A stretch of DNA of 64,000 nt. Source: a virus (lineage: Duplodnaviria > Caudoviricetes). Below are positions 9,901 to 18,776 of this stretch, in pieces. Below the pieces are notes generated by a model that did no database searches, was not told where the DNA came from, and was given only the letters and a program-made list of their open reading frames with translations. The stretch is from the IMG/VR virus record IMGVR_UViG_3300011116_001007; one strand, given 5' to 3'. Numbering within the stretch: the stretch's first letter is position 1; the number at the start of each line of letters is the position of its first letter. The position numbers and the translations under genes were made by a program.

Positions 9901-11300
9901 TGACCCTGCGACGGTTGCGGCATAGAACTTTCACGTAGATTCACAGACTTGATCAACAACTTGGGCTCTCCGTTGGGCCCTGTTTGCAATGCCATCTTGT
10001 TGGCTTCTCGGCCTGTTTGTCCCGGACGCACATCCACACTCAAGGCCATGGCATACTGTGGCATGGCCGCTTCCTTTTTGTTCTTGGGAATGTATCCTGA
10101 CGCACCTTCGCCCAGGGATTCTGCGGCAAAGTATTCAGGATGTGACGCAGCAAAATCTCGCATGATGATGCCAGCTCTGGCATTGGCATCATTTTCGTAT
10201 TCACTGCCAGTTTCTCCAGCATCCAGTGGCAGGCCACCTTGCGTCTGATGTTGATCACAATGCACCAGTTCATGTGCTATGGTGCGGAACACATCCAGGA
10301 TATGGCGATTGGGCAAGCTCACATTGAGAGTGTTTGATTCTGGCTCATAACGTCCAAAGCTGTGATTGCCTTCACTCCATTCAGGATCTGTGTGTATGAC
10401 TATTTTGGGAGCAGGATCAATGCCCAGTTCCGTGACCACATGCTGGATAAAATCATTCACTGCCTGATTGTCCTCGTCGCCTTTTTCACTCAAGAACATT
10501 CGGGTACTGGCACTGACCCCATCTGGAGTTATTGTGACATCTTCTGCGATGCGATGGCCAAACCCATAGGTCACACGACCTTTTTCTCTGTTCTTTTCCA
10601 CTAGACTCATGGCATGATCTTGTGCTGCCACGTGAGCATCTTTCAGCAGTCGGATGCAGCCTTGATCGCGCAGCACTTTGAACGTGATGTTTTCGCAACC
10701 AAATTCCCCATGCTGTTCCAGCCCAATTTGGCGCATGGCTTTGATCTTGTTCCACAGGGTGGACATCATATCAGCATTGCCAGACTCAACAGCAGCGTGT
10801 ATTCTAGCGTCTAGATCAGCTGCTTTGTCACGCACACATGAGTCATCAATCTGTGCTCGTCGGCGGCGCGGCACTTGTATCCATTTGCCATCCTTGACTG
10901 AATAAATGCCCTGACTCACATGCGGCTGGCCTGCAGGTTGCACATACAATTCCACATCAGCACCGCCAATGGTCAAATTGTGTTCGTCGTTGTATTGGTA
11001 TTTTTTAGCGTTGAACAGTTCCTGATACACAGGATCATCAGGCATGTCCACTATCAAATGTAGATCAATGTCGCTGTGGTCAGTATAGTTGTATGCTGCA
11101 TTTGACCCCGACAGTGTGATGTCTTGCACTCGGAGATTGTCCACTCCCAAGAATTCACGGAAGTCTTCTGCAATTGCCAGCAGTTTGTCACGAACATCTG
11201 GCAGCAGATGTTCATTTGAACCCCACAACCGACGGTTAAGTCGATTATGGTATTTTACAGTGTCGCTCAGGCGGAATTGATCTAGTTCATTGAAGTTCAT
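6912..11300 (-). CDS. Multidomain protein: pol-beta-type nucleotidyltransferase + HExxH metallopeptidase-like domain + COOH-NH2 ligase (amidoligase) + C-terminal repeats
   Basis: LSGSNAAYNYTDHSDIDLH; RTIAHELVH; GMEFEM, VEPDGSL, GLEFVSPPL, STGLHINIS, KYTSIN, IEFRSPGG. Confidence 0.8.
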   Translation of the reverse strand: MNFNELDQFRLSDTVKYHNRLNRRLWGSNEHLLPDVRDKLLAIAEDFREFLGVDNLRVQDITLSGSNAAYNYTDHSDIDLHLIVDMPDDPVYQELFNAKKYQYNDEHNLTIGGADVELYVQPAGQPHVSQGIYSVKDGKWIQVPRRRRAQIDDSCVRDKAADLDARIHAAVESGNADMMSTLWNKIKAMRQIGLEQHGEFGCENITFKVLRDQGCIRLLKDAHVAAQDHAMSLVEKNREKGRVTYGFGHRIAEDVTITPDGVSASTRMFLSEKGDEDNQAVNDFIQHVVTELGIDPAPKIVIHTDPEWSEGNHSFGRYEPESNTLNVSLPNRHILDVFRTIAHELVHCDQHQTQGGLPLDAGETGSEYENDANARAGIIMRDFAASHPEYFAAESLGEGASGYIPKNKKEAAMPQYAMALSVDVRPGQTGREANKMALQTGPNGEPKLLIKSVNLRESSMPQPSQGQGKYRDLNEPLGPEFKPTMPKGTVRVDVSDVYDWYKLGKHIANLDRADPSEFGKGPPSTIVSFGDEDTEHKYINKLEKLGLSTTDIDPVDPNQPKGMKRQKTDPTYNVAENKLVASLRQELRLFEDQDLFEINMGGKNLRREAAKTGALAGMEFEMIVPNTSSEDDELEPDFDSDERASSPRDIQDFFYDGDYNGRRNAQELVDRMLDDYGDWQVEQFDTRWDSDAKTFIYDYIRENVDEDSIRELLDLESEDELGKKEYQLAADMIVTEQLQPFYDDALEQSRDEFYENDNFEEWLGDSGLGHMSDIYHRYNGIIHWPHYTSSLAGGTSVEDIADDFSRAVGRPVKASSGYHSSSVERPAPGKNFYVVEPDGSLEPDDPQDSGLEFVSPPLPIDDIMSDLNKVKAWANRMGCYTNDSTGLHINISVPNYSQNRLDFVKLALLMGDEYVLEQFGRAGNSYAKSAMGKVRDHVRQRPYEAKYLLDKMKGHMGALASKAIHSGSTEKYTSINTKDGHIEFRSPGGDWLDDNFDKIENTLMRFTVAMSAALDPEAYRQEYLKKLYKILAPKDEKDPLAVFAKYAAGELPAAALKSFVRQAQADRKAKKSGEDIVNGHRWRVSLKPELGGGVVEVIAADPVDAKKQAIKQQPNWRFHDDALTVTRLDEPAAGASTTASHPQGRGRPNDPNGQLAIVRRDDPRVYSYGSGTSGPAPDYLFRFTLGDGYSQAQLRSVMSAWAARENANAADYMIVDTTQFAAPASAPEAGSVQWNIVADDGDVVHTFWNRNVQADANAAALAWVQAHWLPPLNMAARGPFEVVPVPAEVPADADTVTYEIYDREDSSPLETFQAANDAAALEFLNQYRSMGPHTLNSQQATAAFGVRRAPIPGSTLDLARQRYNAIAAASMAADAEHAANRRTPTPIPGVQDIEPDVAQYTSQPAAAPQWEVYRRSDGVSMFPLDAATQAAAWAEGRQWVQQTSNDTGITLNPADYSVRQAQ

Positions 11301-11324
11301 ACGAACTATATTTACCGCAAACCT

Positions 11325-12239
11325 TTAGGCTTGAGTTTCTGCTGCTTCTTCAACTACAGCTTCCACAGGCTCGCTAGACGCCATGATTTCAGCCACGGGT
11401 TCTGCTGCCATCAGCTCAGGAGTGACTGCATGTGCCAGCGACGGTGCAGGTTCCGCAGCAGGTGCTGGTTGAATAGCTTTGAGATCCTGATACAACTTGT
11501 CCTGTGTGGTAAAATCAAATGTGTATGTGCCTGTGTGCTTGAGCAACACACGATTGTCTACAAAGATCTGACCGCCTAGATCGCGCCAGTTTTCACAGAA
11601 TGTCCAGTCTTCGGAGTAGTAGCGACCTTCGCGAACTGCTGTGTCAAAGTAGGTTTTCATGTAAGGATCCAGTTCAGCAGGCATGCCAATGTCGTTGGCA
11701 AAGTTACGTACCGCAGGATGTGCATTCAGCTTGTCAAACACATCGCGCTTGATCAGCATGAATCCTGTGCCAGTTTTGCTAACTTCGGTAAGATGACCCA
11801 CTGGTTCCATTCCAGGAATACCGTTGACACACCATTTCACAGGCAGGCTTTTCATTGGGTACAAACCGCCAATCACATCTTTCTGGCTGTCTAGCAACAC
11901 CAACAGGTGCCAAGGTTCCCAGCCAATGTCGGCGTCAATAAACATCAAGTGGGTGGATTCTTTTGTGTGCAAGAACTTGGCAGTGAGTGTGTTTCTGGCT
12001 CTGCTGATCAAGCTCTCATTGGTCATGGTTTCCACAGTCCATTCAAGACCCAATTGTCTTGCGGTGTTGGCCCATTTGATATAACTCATGAATGTGCTTT
12101 CGGTCAACTGACCGCCATAGCAAGGCATCATGATGTGTACTCTTGTGGTACGCAGATAATCTATGTTGACTTGAACAGTTTGTTGTGCAGTTGCAGCGGG
12201 ATCGCTAGGTGGGGTTGTGGTGGGTTGGGCGTCAGCCAT
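11325..12239 (-). CDS. Phage glycosyltransferase-like (GT-A fold) protein
   Basis: MMPCYGG, NESLISRARN, HLMFIDADIGW, GTGFMLIKR, YYSEDWTFC; start likely MADAQ after GGAG. Confidence 0.75.
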   Translation of the reverse strand: MADAQPTTTPPSDPAATAQQTVQVNIDYLRTTRVHIMMPCYGGQLTESTFMSYIKWANTARQLGLEWTVETMTNESLISRARNTLTAKFLHTKESTHLMFIDADIGWEPWHLLVLLDSQKDVIGGLYPMKSLPVKWCVNGIPGMEPVGHLTEVSKTGTGFMLIKRDVFDKLNAHPAVRNFANDIGMPAELDPYMKTYFDTAVREGRYYSEDWTFCENWRDLGGQIFVDNRVLLKHTGTYTFDFTTQDKLYQDLKAIQPAPAAEPAPSLAHAVTPELMAAEPVAEIMASSEPVEAVVEEAAETQA

Positions 12240-12308
12240 TGGGTTCTCCATTAAAAGTATGCTGTTATTTACAGAGTATAACAGGTCAGCAGATTTTTTG
12301 CAACCAGT

Positions 12309-13061
12309 TTAGACAGATGTCTTTTCCTGAACGTAGTCTTCGTTGACAGGTTGATTTTCACGGGCTTGGTAACTGGCCGTCATGCCGCCTACAAAATTCT
12401 GTGCGGCAGTTTCGGCTATGGTTCCCATTGCGGTGTTCAGCATCCCGGCTACATTTTTAGCCAAGGCCGGGTTGGTCTGTGTAGCAGGATACAAACTCAT
12501 AACCAGAGCTACCTTACGTTTTTCGTTCAATTGCGGCCACGCTGTGCGTATTTCAGTGGCAGATTGCATGCCTGGCCCAAATTCCTCAGTGGGCAAGTAG
12601 GCCATGTAAGCATGTTGGGTCATGGGCTGTATGTTGTCCTCGTTGCCAGCAAGATATTGCAGATAATCACTCACTGGCTGGCCTTTGTTTGGGCCACGTT
12701 TGGCCCTGGGCAATTGTCCTGTGGCAGGATCCAGTGCAGCAGGCAATGGCGGTTGATTCTGATCCTTGTCGCTTCTGACAAAAATCAACACAGTATCATT
12801 GGGATTTTTAATCCTTCTGGCAATTGCCGGTTCCATAGCATTGAATTGTCTAGACACTTCGACAAAATCTCTAGGTGGCACTCCAGATACTTGTGCTAAT
12901 TTTTGTTTTATTTTGAATGGAAACGGTCTTGAACTGGTGTCGTTGGTAGCTGCCACAACCACATCGGCACCAGGGAATGTTGCCTTTGCGGCTTGATAAA
13001 GTGATAAGTGCCCTGGGTGAAAAGGGTGGAAGCCGCCAGAAATTAGTACTAACTGTTTCAT
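12309..13061 (-). CDS. Cytidylyltransferase-like (HIGH-motif) protein
   Basis: ISGGFHPFHPGHLSLY and SATEIRTAW motifs. Confidence 0.75.
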   Translation of the reverse strand: MKQLVLISGGFHPFHPGHLSLYQAAKATFPGADVVVAATNDTSSRPFPFKIKQKLAQVSGVPPRDFVEVSRQFNAMEPAIARRIKNPNDTVLIFVRSDKDQNQPPLPAALDPATGQLPRAKRGPNKGQPVSDYLQYLAGNEDNIQPMTQHAYMAYLPTEEFGPGMQSATEIRTAWPQLNEKRKVALVMSLYPATQTNPALAKNVAGMLNTAMGTIAETAAQNFVGGMTASYQARENQPVNEDYVQEKTSV

Positions 13062-13075
13062 AGCTAGTATTTAGT

Positions 13076-13513
13076 TTACGTATGCTCCAGCAGCCACAGG
13101 TAACTGGGAGTGGTAAATTCAAGTACTACCGAACCATTGCAGCCCATGTTTCCAAAAAATTTATCCAAAAACTGGGGTTGGGTGCCATTGAAGTCATGTT
13201 GGTACGTTGCAAGTGTATGAACTATGTTGTCAATGTTTATGCCGCCTAGTGCAATGCCACGTATGTTCAACATGGCATCTTTTGTAATATTTCCATCATC
13301 ATCCAGTTGTGTATGTTTTTCAGTTTTTCCGGTCAGCACAATCTTTAATCGATGTGATTTCTCTTCATCATCGTCAATTTCGTGTCGAAATTGATAAGTC
13401 TCAGCCACATGGCTGTGTTGATGTATACAAAGATCATCAACCCATACTTGGATTCCTAATTTGGCAGCAGTATCAGTTGAGCTGATTTCAAATTCAATGG
13501 GTAAAAGGTTCAT
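13076..13513 (-). CDS. Hypothetical protein
   Basis: 145-aa ORF packed between neighbours. Confidence 0.6.
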   Translation of the reverse strand: MNLLPIEFEISSTDTAAKLGIQVWVDDLCIHQHSHVAETYQFRHEIDDDEEKSHRLKIVLTGKTEKHTQLDDDGNITKDAMLNIRGIALGGINIDNIVHTLATYQHDFNGTQPQFLDKFFGNMGCNGSVVLEFTTPSYLWLLEHT

Positions 13514-13516
13514 GTG

Positions 13517-13879
13517 TTAATAAGTGATTGTGATGTTGTTGATAGTGCCGCCGCTGAACCCCACCACACGTATACGCATCCAGGTGAAATTTCCAGTCAC
13601 AGTTGCTGGATAGTAGTCGGTCAGCGGAACTGAAGATCCATCGCCGTACACCAGCGTTTCAAACCAAGCAGCTGATTCGGGATCTGTGTCCAAAGTAGCA
13701 TCCAGGTGCATGACACCTTCAAATGCGTCCACGCTGAACTGTATGGTTTGTACACTGCCGCGCCCGCGATAGTAATTGGCAGCTTGTACTGCATCTCCTG
13801 CCCAATCTTGACTGGACCCATCATAGTTGCCCGATGGTGTACCGTAAGTTGTGGCTGGTAAGAGTACCGCGGTGGCCAT
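13517..13879 (-). CDS. Putative beta-sandwich virion structural protein
   Basis: 120-aa beta-rich ORF ending GNFTWMRIRV...ITITY. Confidence 0.55.
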   Translation of the reverse strand: MATAVLLPATTYGTPSGNYDGSSQDWAGDAVQAANYYRGRGSVQTIQFSVDAFEGVMHLDATLDTDPESAAWFETLVYGDGSSVPLTDYYPATVTGNFTWMRIRVVGFSGGTINNITITY

Positions 13880-14043
13880 TATGCTCGTTCCGCTTCCACT
13901 ACCACGCCTGCGCCAGCCAGTTCTTCAGCCACTTGCTGTAGCGCAGTGATAATGTCGTCGCTGGCAATGGGTTCTGCTGCGGCGTCTTCTCGGATCAATT
14001 TTGATAGTTTGATCACAACTATTTCTTCGTGTATTTTTGCCAT
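13879..14043 (-). CDS. Small hypothetical protein (54 aa, not in ORF track)
   Basis: MAKIHEEIVVIKLSKLIR...VEAERA; TAAATA 7 nt upstream; TAATG overlap with next gene. Confidence 0.7.
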   Translation of the reverse strand: MAKIHEEIVVIKLSKLIREDAAAEPIASDDIITALQQVAEELAGAGVVVEAERA

Positions 14044-14049
14044 GGTGTA

Positions 14050-14691
14050 TTATTTAGCCTGTATTGGCACAGTCTTGCGAACAATTCCCGGCAGAACGAG
14101 ATTCAACATCAGCGCATCATTGATGTCATGATGATCGATAAAATTCCAGTCATTGGTGTAAAAATGCTTGTAATGAAACATCCGCCCGTCATCGCCAATC
14201 AATCGAGACTGCAAGCCCGGCGTGATCCTAAAATAGTCCGGGCGGTTGGCAAAAAATTGTATAAATCTATCGCGCTCAATGTCGTTGAAATATTTGCCTC
14301 TGAGATAAGTTCTGTATTGATGTTGTGTTTTTTCAAGCACAACCACATCCTTTGCTCGATCAACCACACATTGATTGTACTTGGCTGTTCTTGTTATGTA
14401 GGACAAGGCCGCCAAGTCTTTTAACAGTGTTAAATTATTGGTGTAAACATATACCCAACTGCCGTAGATGATAGATTTATGTGCATCTTTGTCGGCTGCC
14501 AACAGCATGGCCACTTCGCCCACATCAGAATACTCGGGCATACGCTCCACAAAGTCTTTTATATCTTTTGTATTGGAATATTTGAATAATCTACGCCATC
14601 TGCCAACTTCTTCCAATCTAAAATCTATGGCATACTCGTACTGATCATAGTACAAACTGCCTCGGGACACGTATTTGAAGTCAATCATCAA
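14050..14691 (-). CDS. Hypothetical protein
   Basis: 213-aa ORF coupled to clpA by overlap. Confidence 0.65.
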   Translation of the reverse strand: MMIDFKYVSRGSLYYDQYEYAIDFRLEEVGRWRRLFKYSNTKDIKDFVERMPEYSDVGEVAMLLAADKDAHKSIIYGSWVYVYTNNLTLLKDLAALSYITRTAKYNQCVVDRAKDVVVLEKTQHQYRTYLRGKYFNDIERDRFIQFFANRPDYFRITPGLQSRLIGDDGRMFHYKHFYTNDWNFIDHHDINDALMLNLVLPGIVRKTVPIQAK

Positions 14692-16949
14692 GTGCCTGCT
14701 GCTGGGAATCTAATGATGCCATCTACATCTACCACAGGAATCACATGTGCTTGAGTTTCAAAATGCACTTGATCATCCACTAGTGTTGCAGTGATATCAC
14801 AATCGGTCAGTCGATCAAACAGGATCCGCTTGCTCAATGGCACACGGATCAACTGATCAATCTTGCGGCTTAGGGGTCTTGCACCCATTTTGTTATCATA
14901 GCCTTTTTCAGCCAGGTAATCAATCACGGGCTCTGTCAACACCAAGCGTATGCGTTTGCTTTCCAAACTGGTCTTGAGCTCATCCACAAATTTAAGCACA
15001 ATCTTTTTAATGGCCAAAGTATCCAGTTTCACAAACTTACACACTTGATCAATACGATTACGCATTTCGGGCTTGAAGAACTCTTTCATGGCACGGTCTT
15101 CTTCTCCGGTCTTTTCTTGTGAGCCAAAGCCGATGGCATTGCTTTCGCTGTCCCTGGAACCCAGATTTGAAGTCATGATAATGATGCAGTTCTTCACATT
15201 GGCCTTTTTGCCATTGCTGCTGGTCAACACACCTTCGTCCAGCATCTGCAGCAAGATGTTGCTGACATCTGGATGTGCCTTTTCAATTTCGTCAAACAAG
15301 ATCACAGAAAAGGGATTCTTGCTGATGTCGGCGATCAACTTGCCGCCGCCTATGTTGCCGTCCTCAAATCCCACATAGCCTGGAGGTGCACCAATCAAGC
15401 CTGACACACTGTGACGTTCTTGATACTCACTCATGTCGTATTTCAACAATGGCATGTCCAGGTGCTGGCTCAACAGTCTGGCCAATTCAGTTTTGCCTGT
15501 GCCAGTGGGCCCCGTAAACAAGAAACTGGCCATGGGCCGTCGTTCGTTGCCAATACCTGAGAAGTTGATGTACACACGATCCAACACAGCATCCACCGCA
15601 GCGTCTTGCCCGTAGAGATGTTGTTTGATATTGCTTTCAAGATCCACAATCTTGGCTGATCGCTCATTCTGCAATCGATCTGTGGGCACACCTGTCACAC
15701 GGGCCACTTGTGCTTCAATCAATTCTTTAGTGATGGTCGCGGTGCCTGCATCTCGAACACGTTCTCGGGCACAGGCTGCATCCAACAGATCAATACACTT
15801 GTCAGGATTCTTTCGATCGTGAATGTATCGATTGCCCAGTTCCACAGCAGTGGTCATTGCCGCTGTGTCGATCATGACATTGTGGAATGCTTCCAGTCTG
15901 GGTGAGAGCCCGATCAGGATCTTTTCAGTGGTCGCAGTGTCCGGTTCGTCAATCGACAACCTGTAGAAACGGCGCATGAGAGCACGATCCTTTTCGAAGC
16001 TCTCGTAAAATTCTTCCCAGGTGGTACTGGCCACAACCTTGAGTGTGCCACGTGTGATGGCTGGTTTCAGCATGTTGGCAAAGTCTAGACTGCTTCCCGA
16101 ACTGCCTGCACCTGCACCTTTCATGGTGTGTGCTTCGTCCACAAACAAGATGCAGTTCTTTTTGGCTTCCAAGGCTGCCAGTACCACCTTGAGTTTTTCT
16201 TCAAACTCGCCGCGGTATTTGCTTCCGGCCAGCAAACTACCAATTTCCAAACTCCATACTTCGTAGCCTTTGAGGAACTCAGGCACACGCCCTGCATTGA
16301 TTTCCTGTGCTAGTCCTTCCACAATGCAGGTCTTGCCCACACCAGGATCGCCTACCATGAGCACGTTGGCTTTGAAACGACGTGCCAGCACAGCAATCAT
16401 TTCTTCCAGTTCAGTTGCACGACCAATCAGCGGTTCCAATTGATTGGCAGCGGCCTGTGCAGTGAGACTGGTACAGTATTCGGTCAGTACTTCGTCTGCT
16501 TGATTGGATGTCATTTTGCTGTCTACCTGTGTGTGATTTTTCTGATAGAATTCCACAAACTCAGACTTCTTCATCCCGTACTTGAGCAAAAAGTAGTGTG
16601 CATGGCTGTTGGTTTCGGCCATGATGCTGAGATACACATCCAACAGGTTCATGGCTCTGCGGCCAGTGAACATGACCTGCACGTTGGCTCGATTGAACAC
16701 ACGTTCCAGGCTTTGTGTTTTTTTGGGCTGTACATCACCTGTCTTGACCAGGTTCATCAGACTGTTCAAGTATGCATCCAGCTCTTGATCCAGCATGTCT
16801 ATTTCCACGCCAAACTGTTCAACCAGTCTACGGAAGTGTCCTTGGCGCAGCATGGCCAATAACAAGTGTTCGGTCATCACATATTCGTGACTTTTTTCTT
16901 TAGCTATTTTTACAGCGTTGTCAACAATGCTTTCGATTTCGTGTGCCAT
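14688..16949 (-). CDS. clpA: ATP-dependent Clp protease ATP-binding subunit ClpA
   Basis: Clp N domain; two AAA modules GDPGVGKT and GPTGTGKT; KYRGEFEE, DEIEKAHPDV, GARPL. Confidence 0.95.
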   Translation of the reverse strand: MAHEIESIVDNAVKIAKEKSHEYVMTEHLLLAMLRQGHFRRLVEQFGVEIDMLDQELDAYLNSLMNLVKTGDVQPKKTQSLERVFNRANVQVMFTGRRAMNLLDVYLSIMAETNSHAHYFLLKYGMKKSEFVEFYQKNHTQVDSKMTSNQADEVLTEYCTSLTAQAAANQLEPLIGRATELEEMIAVLARRFKANVLMVGDPGVGKTCIVEGLAQEINAGRVPEFLKGYEVWSLEIGSLLAGSKYRGEFEEKLKVVLAALEAKKNCILFVDEAHTMKGAGAGSSGSSLDFANMLKPAITRGTLKVVASTTWEEFYESFEKDRALMRRFYRLSIDEPDTATTEKILIGLSPRLEAFHNVMIDTAAMTTAVELGNRYIHDRKNPDKCIDLLDAACARERVRDAGTATITKELIEAQVARVTGVPTDRLQNERSAKIVDLESNIKQHLYGQDAAVDAVLDRVYINFSGIGNERRPMASFLFTGPTGTGKTELARLLSQHLDMPLLKYDMSEYQERHSVSGLIGAPPGYVGFEDGNIGGGKLIADISKNPFSVILFDEIEKAHPDVSNILLQMLDEGVLTSSNGKKANVKNCIIIMTSNLGSRDSESNAIGFGSQEKTGEEDRAMKEFFKPEMRNRIDQVCKFVKLDTLAIKKIVLKFVDELKTSLESKRIRLVLTEPVIDYLAEKGYDNKMGARPLSRKIDQLIRVPLSKRILFDRLTDCDITATLVDDQVHFETQAHVIPVVDVDGIIRFPAAGT

Positions 16950-17021
16950 TAATGGTCCTTGTGTGGATAACAGTTTGTATTATACTACTTAACTTGAATT
17001 GACGCAATCATTCTGGTAGTA

Positions 17022-17807
17022 TTATTGGTGTTGTTGGATGGCATCTAACAATGCATCGGGAATGGCATCAGGAATTCGAGCCTGCATGCGTACCAAAATG
17101 TCGCCAGGCGGTCCATCTTTGCTGACCAAGCCCTGACCTTTCAATCGCATGATCGAACCTGGTTGTGTGCGCGGTGGCACAGTCATGCTCAGTGTACTGC
17201 CAGTGGGTGTGTGTATTTCAACATCTGAGCCCAGGATCAGTTTCCAAATGTCCACTTTGCGTTCGCAATGCAGGTTGAATCCATCTCTATGCCAAACTGG
17301 ATCAGGATTGATTCTAAACTGCACAATCAGATCCATACCGCCAGGTGCTATGCCACCGTATTGCACATTGTCGCCGTCTTGAATGGATCGAGGAATGTCA
17401 ATCTGCACAGTGGTAGTGCCCACAGCAGTGCTCACGCTCACAGTTTTTGCACCACCGCGTATGGCATCGGCTAGCGATATCCACAAGTTCATGGTGACCT
17501 GACGGCGCTGTTGCTGTTGTTGGGCATGCATCTGCTGGCCAAACATTTGGCTGAATATGTTGTTGAGATCAAACGGATTGCCCGGAAATCCACCACCAAA
17601 ATGCTGTGTGTGTTGCTGCGGATTGTTGTAGGCTGCTCGCTTTTGATCGTCGCTGAGTGTTTCGTAAGCAGCTTGGATTTGTTGGAATTTGGCAGTGTCA
17701 CCACCTTTGTCAGGATGATGCTGACTGGCCAACCGACGATAGGCCTTTTTTATGTCATCAGCAGATGCTGTGCGCGGTACACCCAGGGTGTCATAATAAT
17801 CACTCAT
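17022..17807 (-). CDS. dnaJ: DnaJ/CbpA-type co-chaperone (no zinc finger)
   Basis: DYYDTLGV...HHPDKGG J domain with HPD; DnaJ C-terminal domain. Confidence 0.9.
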   Translation of the reverse strand: MSDYYDTLGVPRTASADDIKKAYRRLASQHHPDKGGDTAKFQQIQAAYETLSDDQKRAAYNNPQQHTQHFGGGFPGNPFDLNNIFSQMFGQQMHAQQQQQRRQVTMNLWISLADAIRGGAKTVSVSTAVGTTTVQIDIPRSIQDGDNVQYGGIAPGGMDLIVQFRINPDPVWHRDGFNLHCERKVDIWKLILGSDVEIHTPTGSTLSMTVPPRTQPGSIMRLKGQGLVSKDGPPGDILVRMQARIPDAIPDALLDAIQQHQ

Positions 17808-17855
17808 AGTATGTAATTATACACACTCTTGAACAGTTGAGCAATTAATGTTGAC

Positions 17856-18050
17856 TCATTTCTTTTCAGGAACTGGGGTGCCTTCGAGTTTCTTGTGCTT
17901 CTTTATGGTTCGGCAGTTTTGTCTGACCTTGCCTGTTTTGTCTTTGACTGGCACACCTGCTTTGTCTTTGACATCCACGCACACCTGCGTGGTTTCGGCG
18001 TGAACCAGACCGAATATAGTGAGTGCAATTAGTACAAATGGTTTTTTCAT
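17856..18050 (-). CDS. Small exported/basic protein
   Basis: Signal-peptide-like N-terminus, two Cys, Lys-rich. Confidence 0.55.
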   Translation of the reverse strand: MKKPFVLIALTIFGLVHAETTQVCVDVKDKAGVPVKDKTGKVRQNCRTIKKHKKLEGTPVPEKK

Positions 18051-18059
18051 ATATTGTCC

Positions 18060-18644
18060 TTAAATTTCTGGGAAGTCAGGTTGTGGGGGTGCTTTTTTTC
18101 CTCCCCATCCTGTGGTAACCGTTCCTGCTCCAAAGCCTGGATTGCCACCAAAGCCTGTTGGTGCTGGTGAATTAAAGCCACTGGCGTTGCCGAAGCCTCC
18201 TGTTGCTGGTGTTGTTGTGTTGCCATATGCATTTCCTCCAAATCCTCCTCCAACTAAGTTGGGTTGGTTACTCACATTAACTGTATTTTGTGCGCCTGGC
18301 GGTACGTATGTGGTACCTGCATTGGCCGGCAGTTGTATGCCACCATTGTTGGCTCCGCCTAGTTTTTCCTGTGTGCGGCCATATGCAGCAATGCCCAACA
18401 CAGCACCCATGGCAATATGGAACAGTCCTGCACCTTGCAGTGTGAGTGGTTGCCATTGGCTATTGATTGCGCCGTGACTGAGACTTTGCAACAGACTCCA
18501 TAGTACAGGAAACAGCATGAAATCACATGTGCAAACAGCCATGTACATCCAACCCATCATTGGGCGCCATTTTGAATTCATCCAATCTTCTTTTTTCTTT
18601 TCGCTCTCACTTGCGACCGGTTCTTGCCAATTTTGATCAGCCAT
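18060..18644 (-). CDS. Holin-like membrane protein (3TM holin family-like) with Gly-rich tail
   Basis: KWRPMMGWMY...LFHIAMGAVLGIAAYGRTQEK; position in lysis cluster. Confidence 0.6.
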   Translation of the reverse strand: MADQNWQEPVASESEKKKEDWMNSKWRPMMGWMYMAVCTCDFMLFPVLWSLLQSLSHGAINSQWQPLTLQGAGLFHIAMGAVLGIAAYGRTQEKLGGANNGGIQLPANAGTTYVPPGAQNTVNVSNQPNLVGGGFGGNAYGNTTTPATGGFGNASGFNSPAPTGFGGNPGFGAGTVTTGWGGKKAPPQPDFPEI

Positions 18645-18646
18645 GA

Positions 18647-18775
18647 TTATTCTCCTTTTTGTTTTTTGGCAAATGCCGCTTGTATTTTTTCTTGAACAAT
18701 TTTAGCCCAAAATGGTTGTGGAAAATTCCACCCTACGAATGCCCCCAGTGCGATCCAGATCAGTGTGTCTAACAT
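18647..18775 (-). CDS. Small single-pass membrane protein (42 aa, not in ORF track)
   Basis: MLDTLIWIALGAFVGWNFPQPFWAK...; fills the gap between endolysin and holin-like gene. Confidence 0.65.
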   Translation of the reverse strand: MLDTLIWIALGAFVGWNFPQPFWAKIVQEKIQAAFAKKQKGE

Positions 18776-18776
18776 A

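Noticed and set aside
14688-16949. Inteins or introns in ClpA, PhoH or the clamp loader
   Set aside because: Lengths are canonical and no splicing or homing-endonuclease motifs are present.
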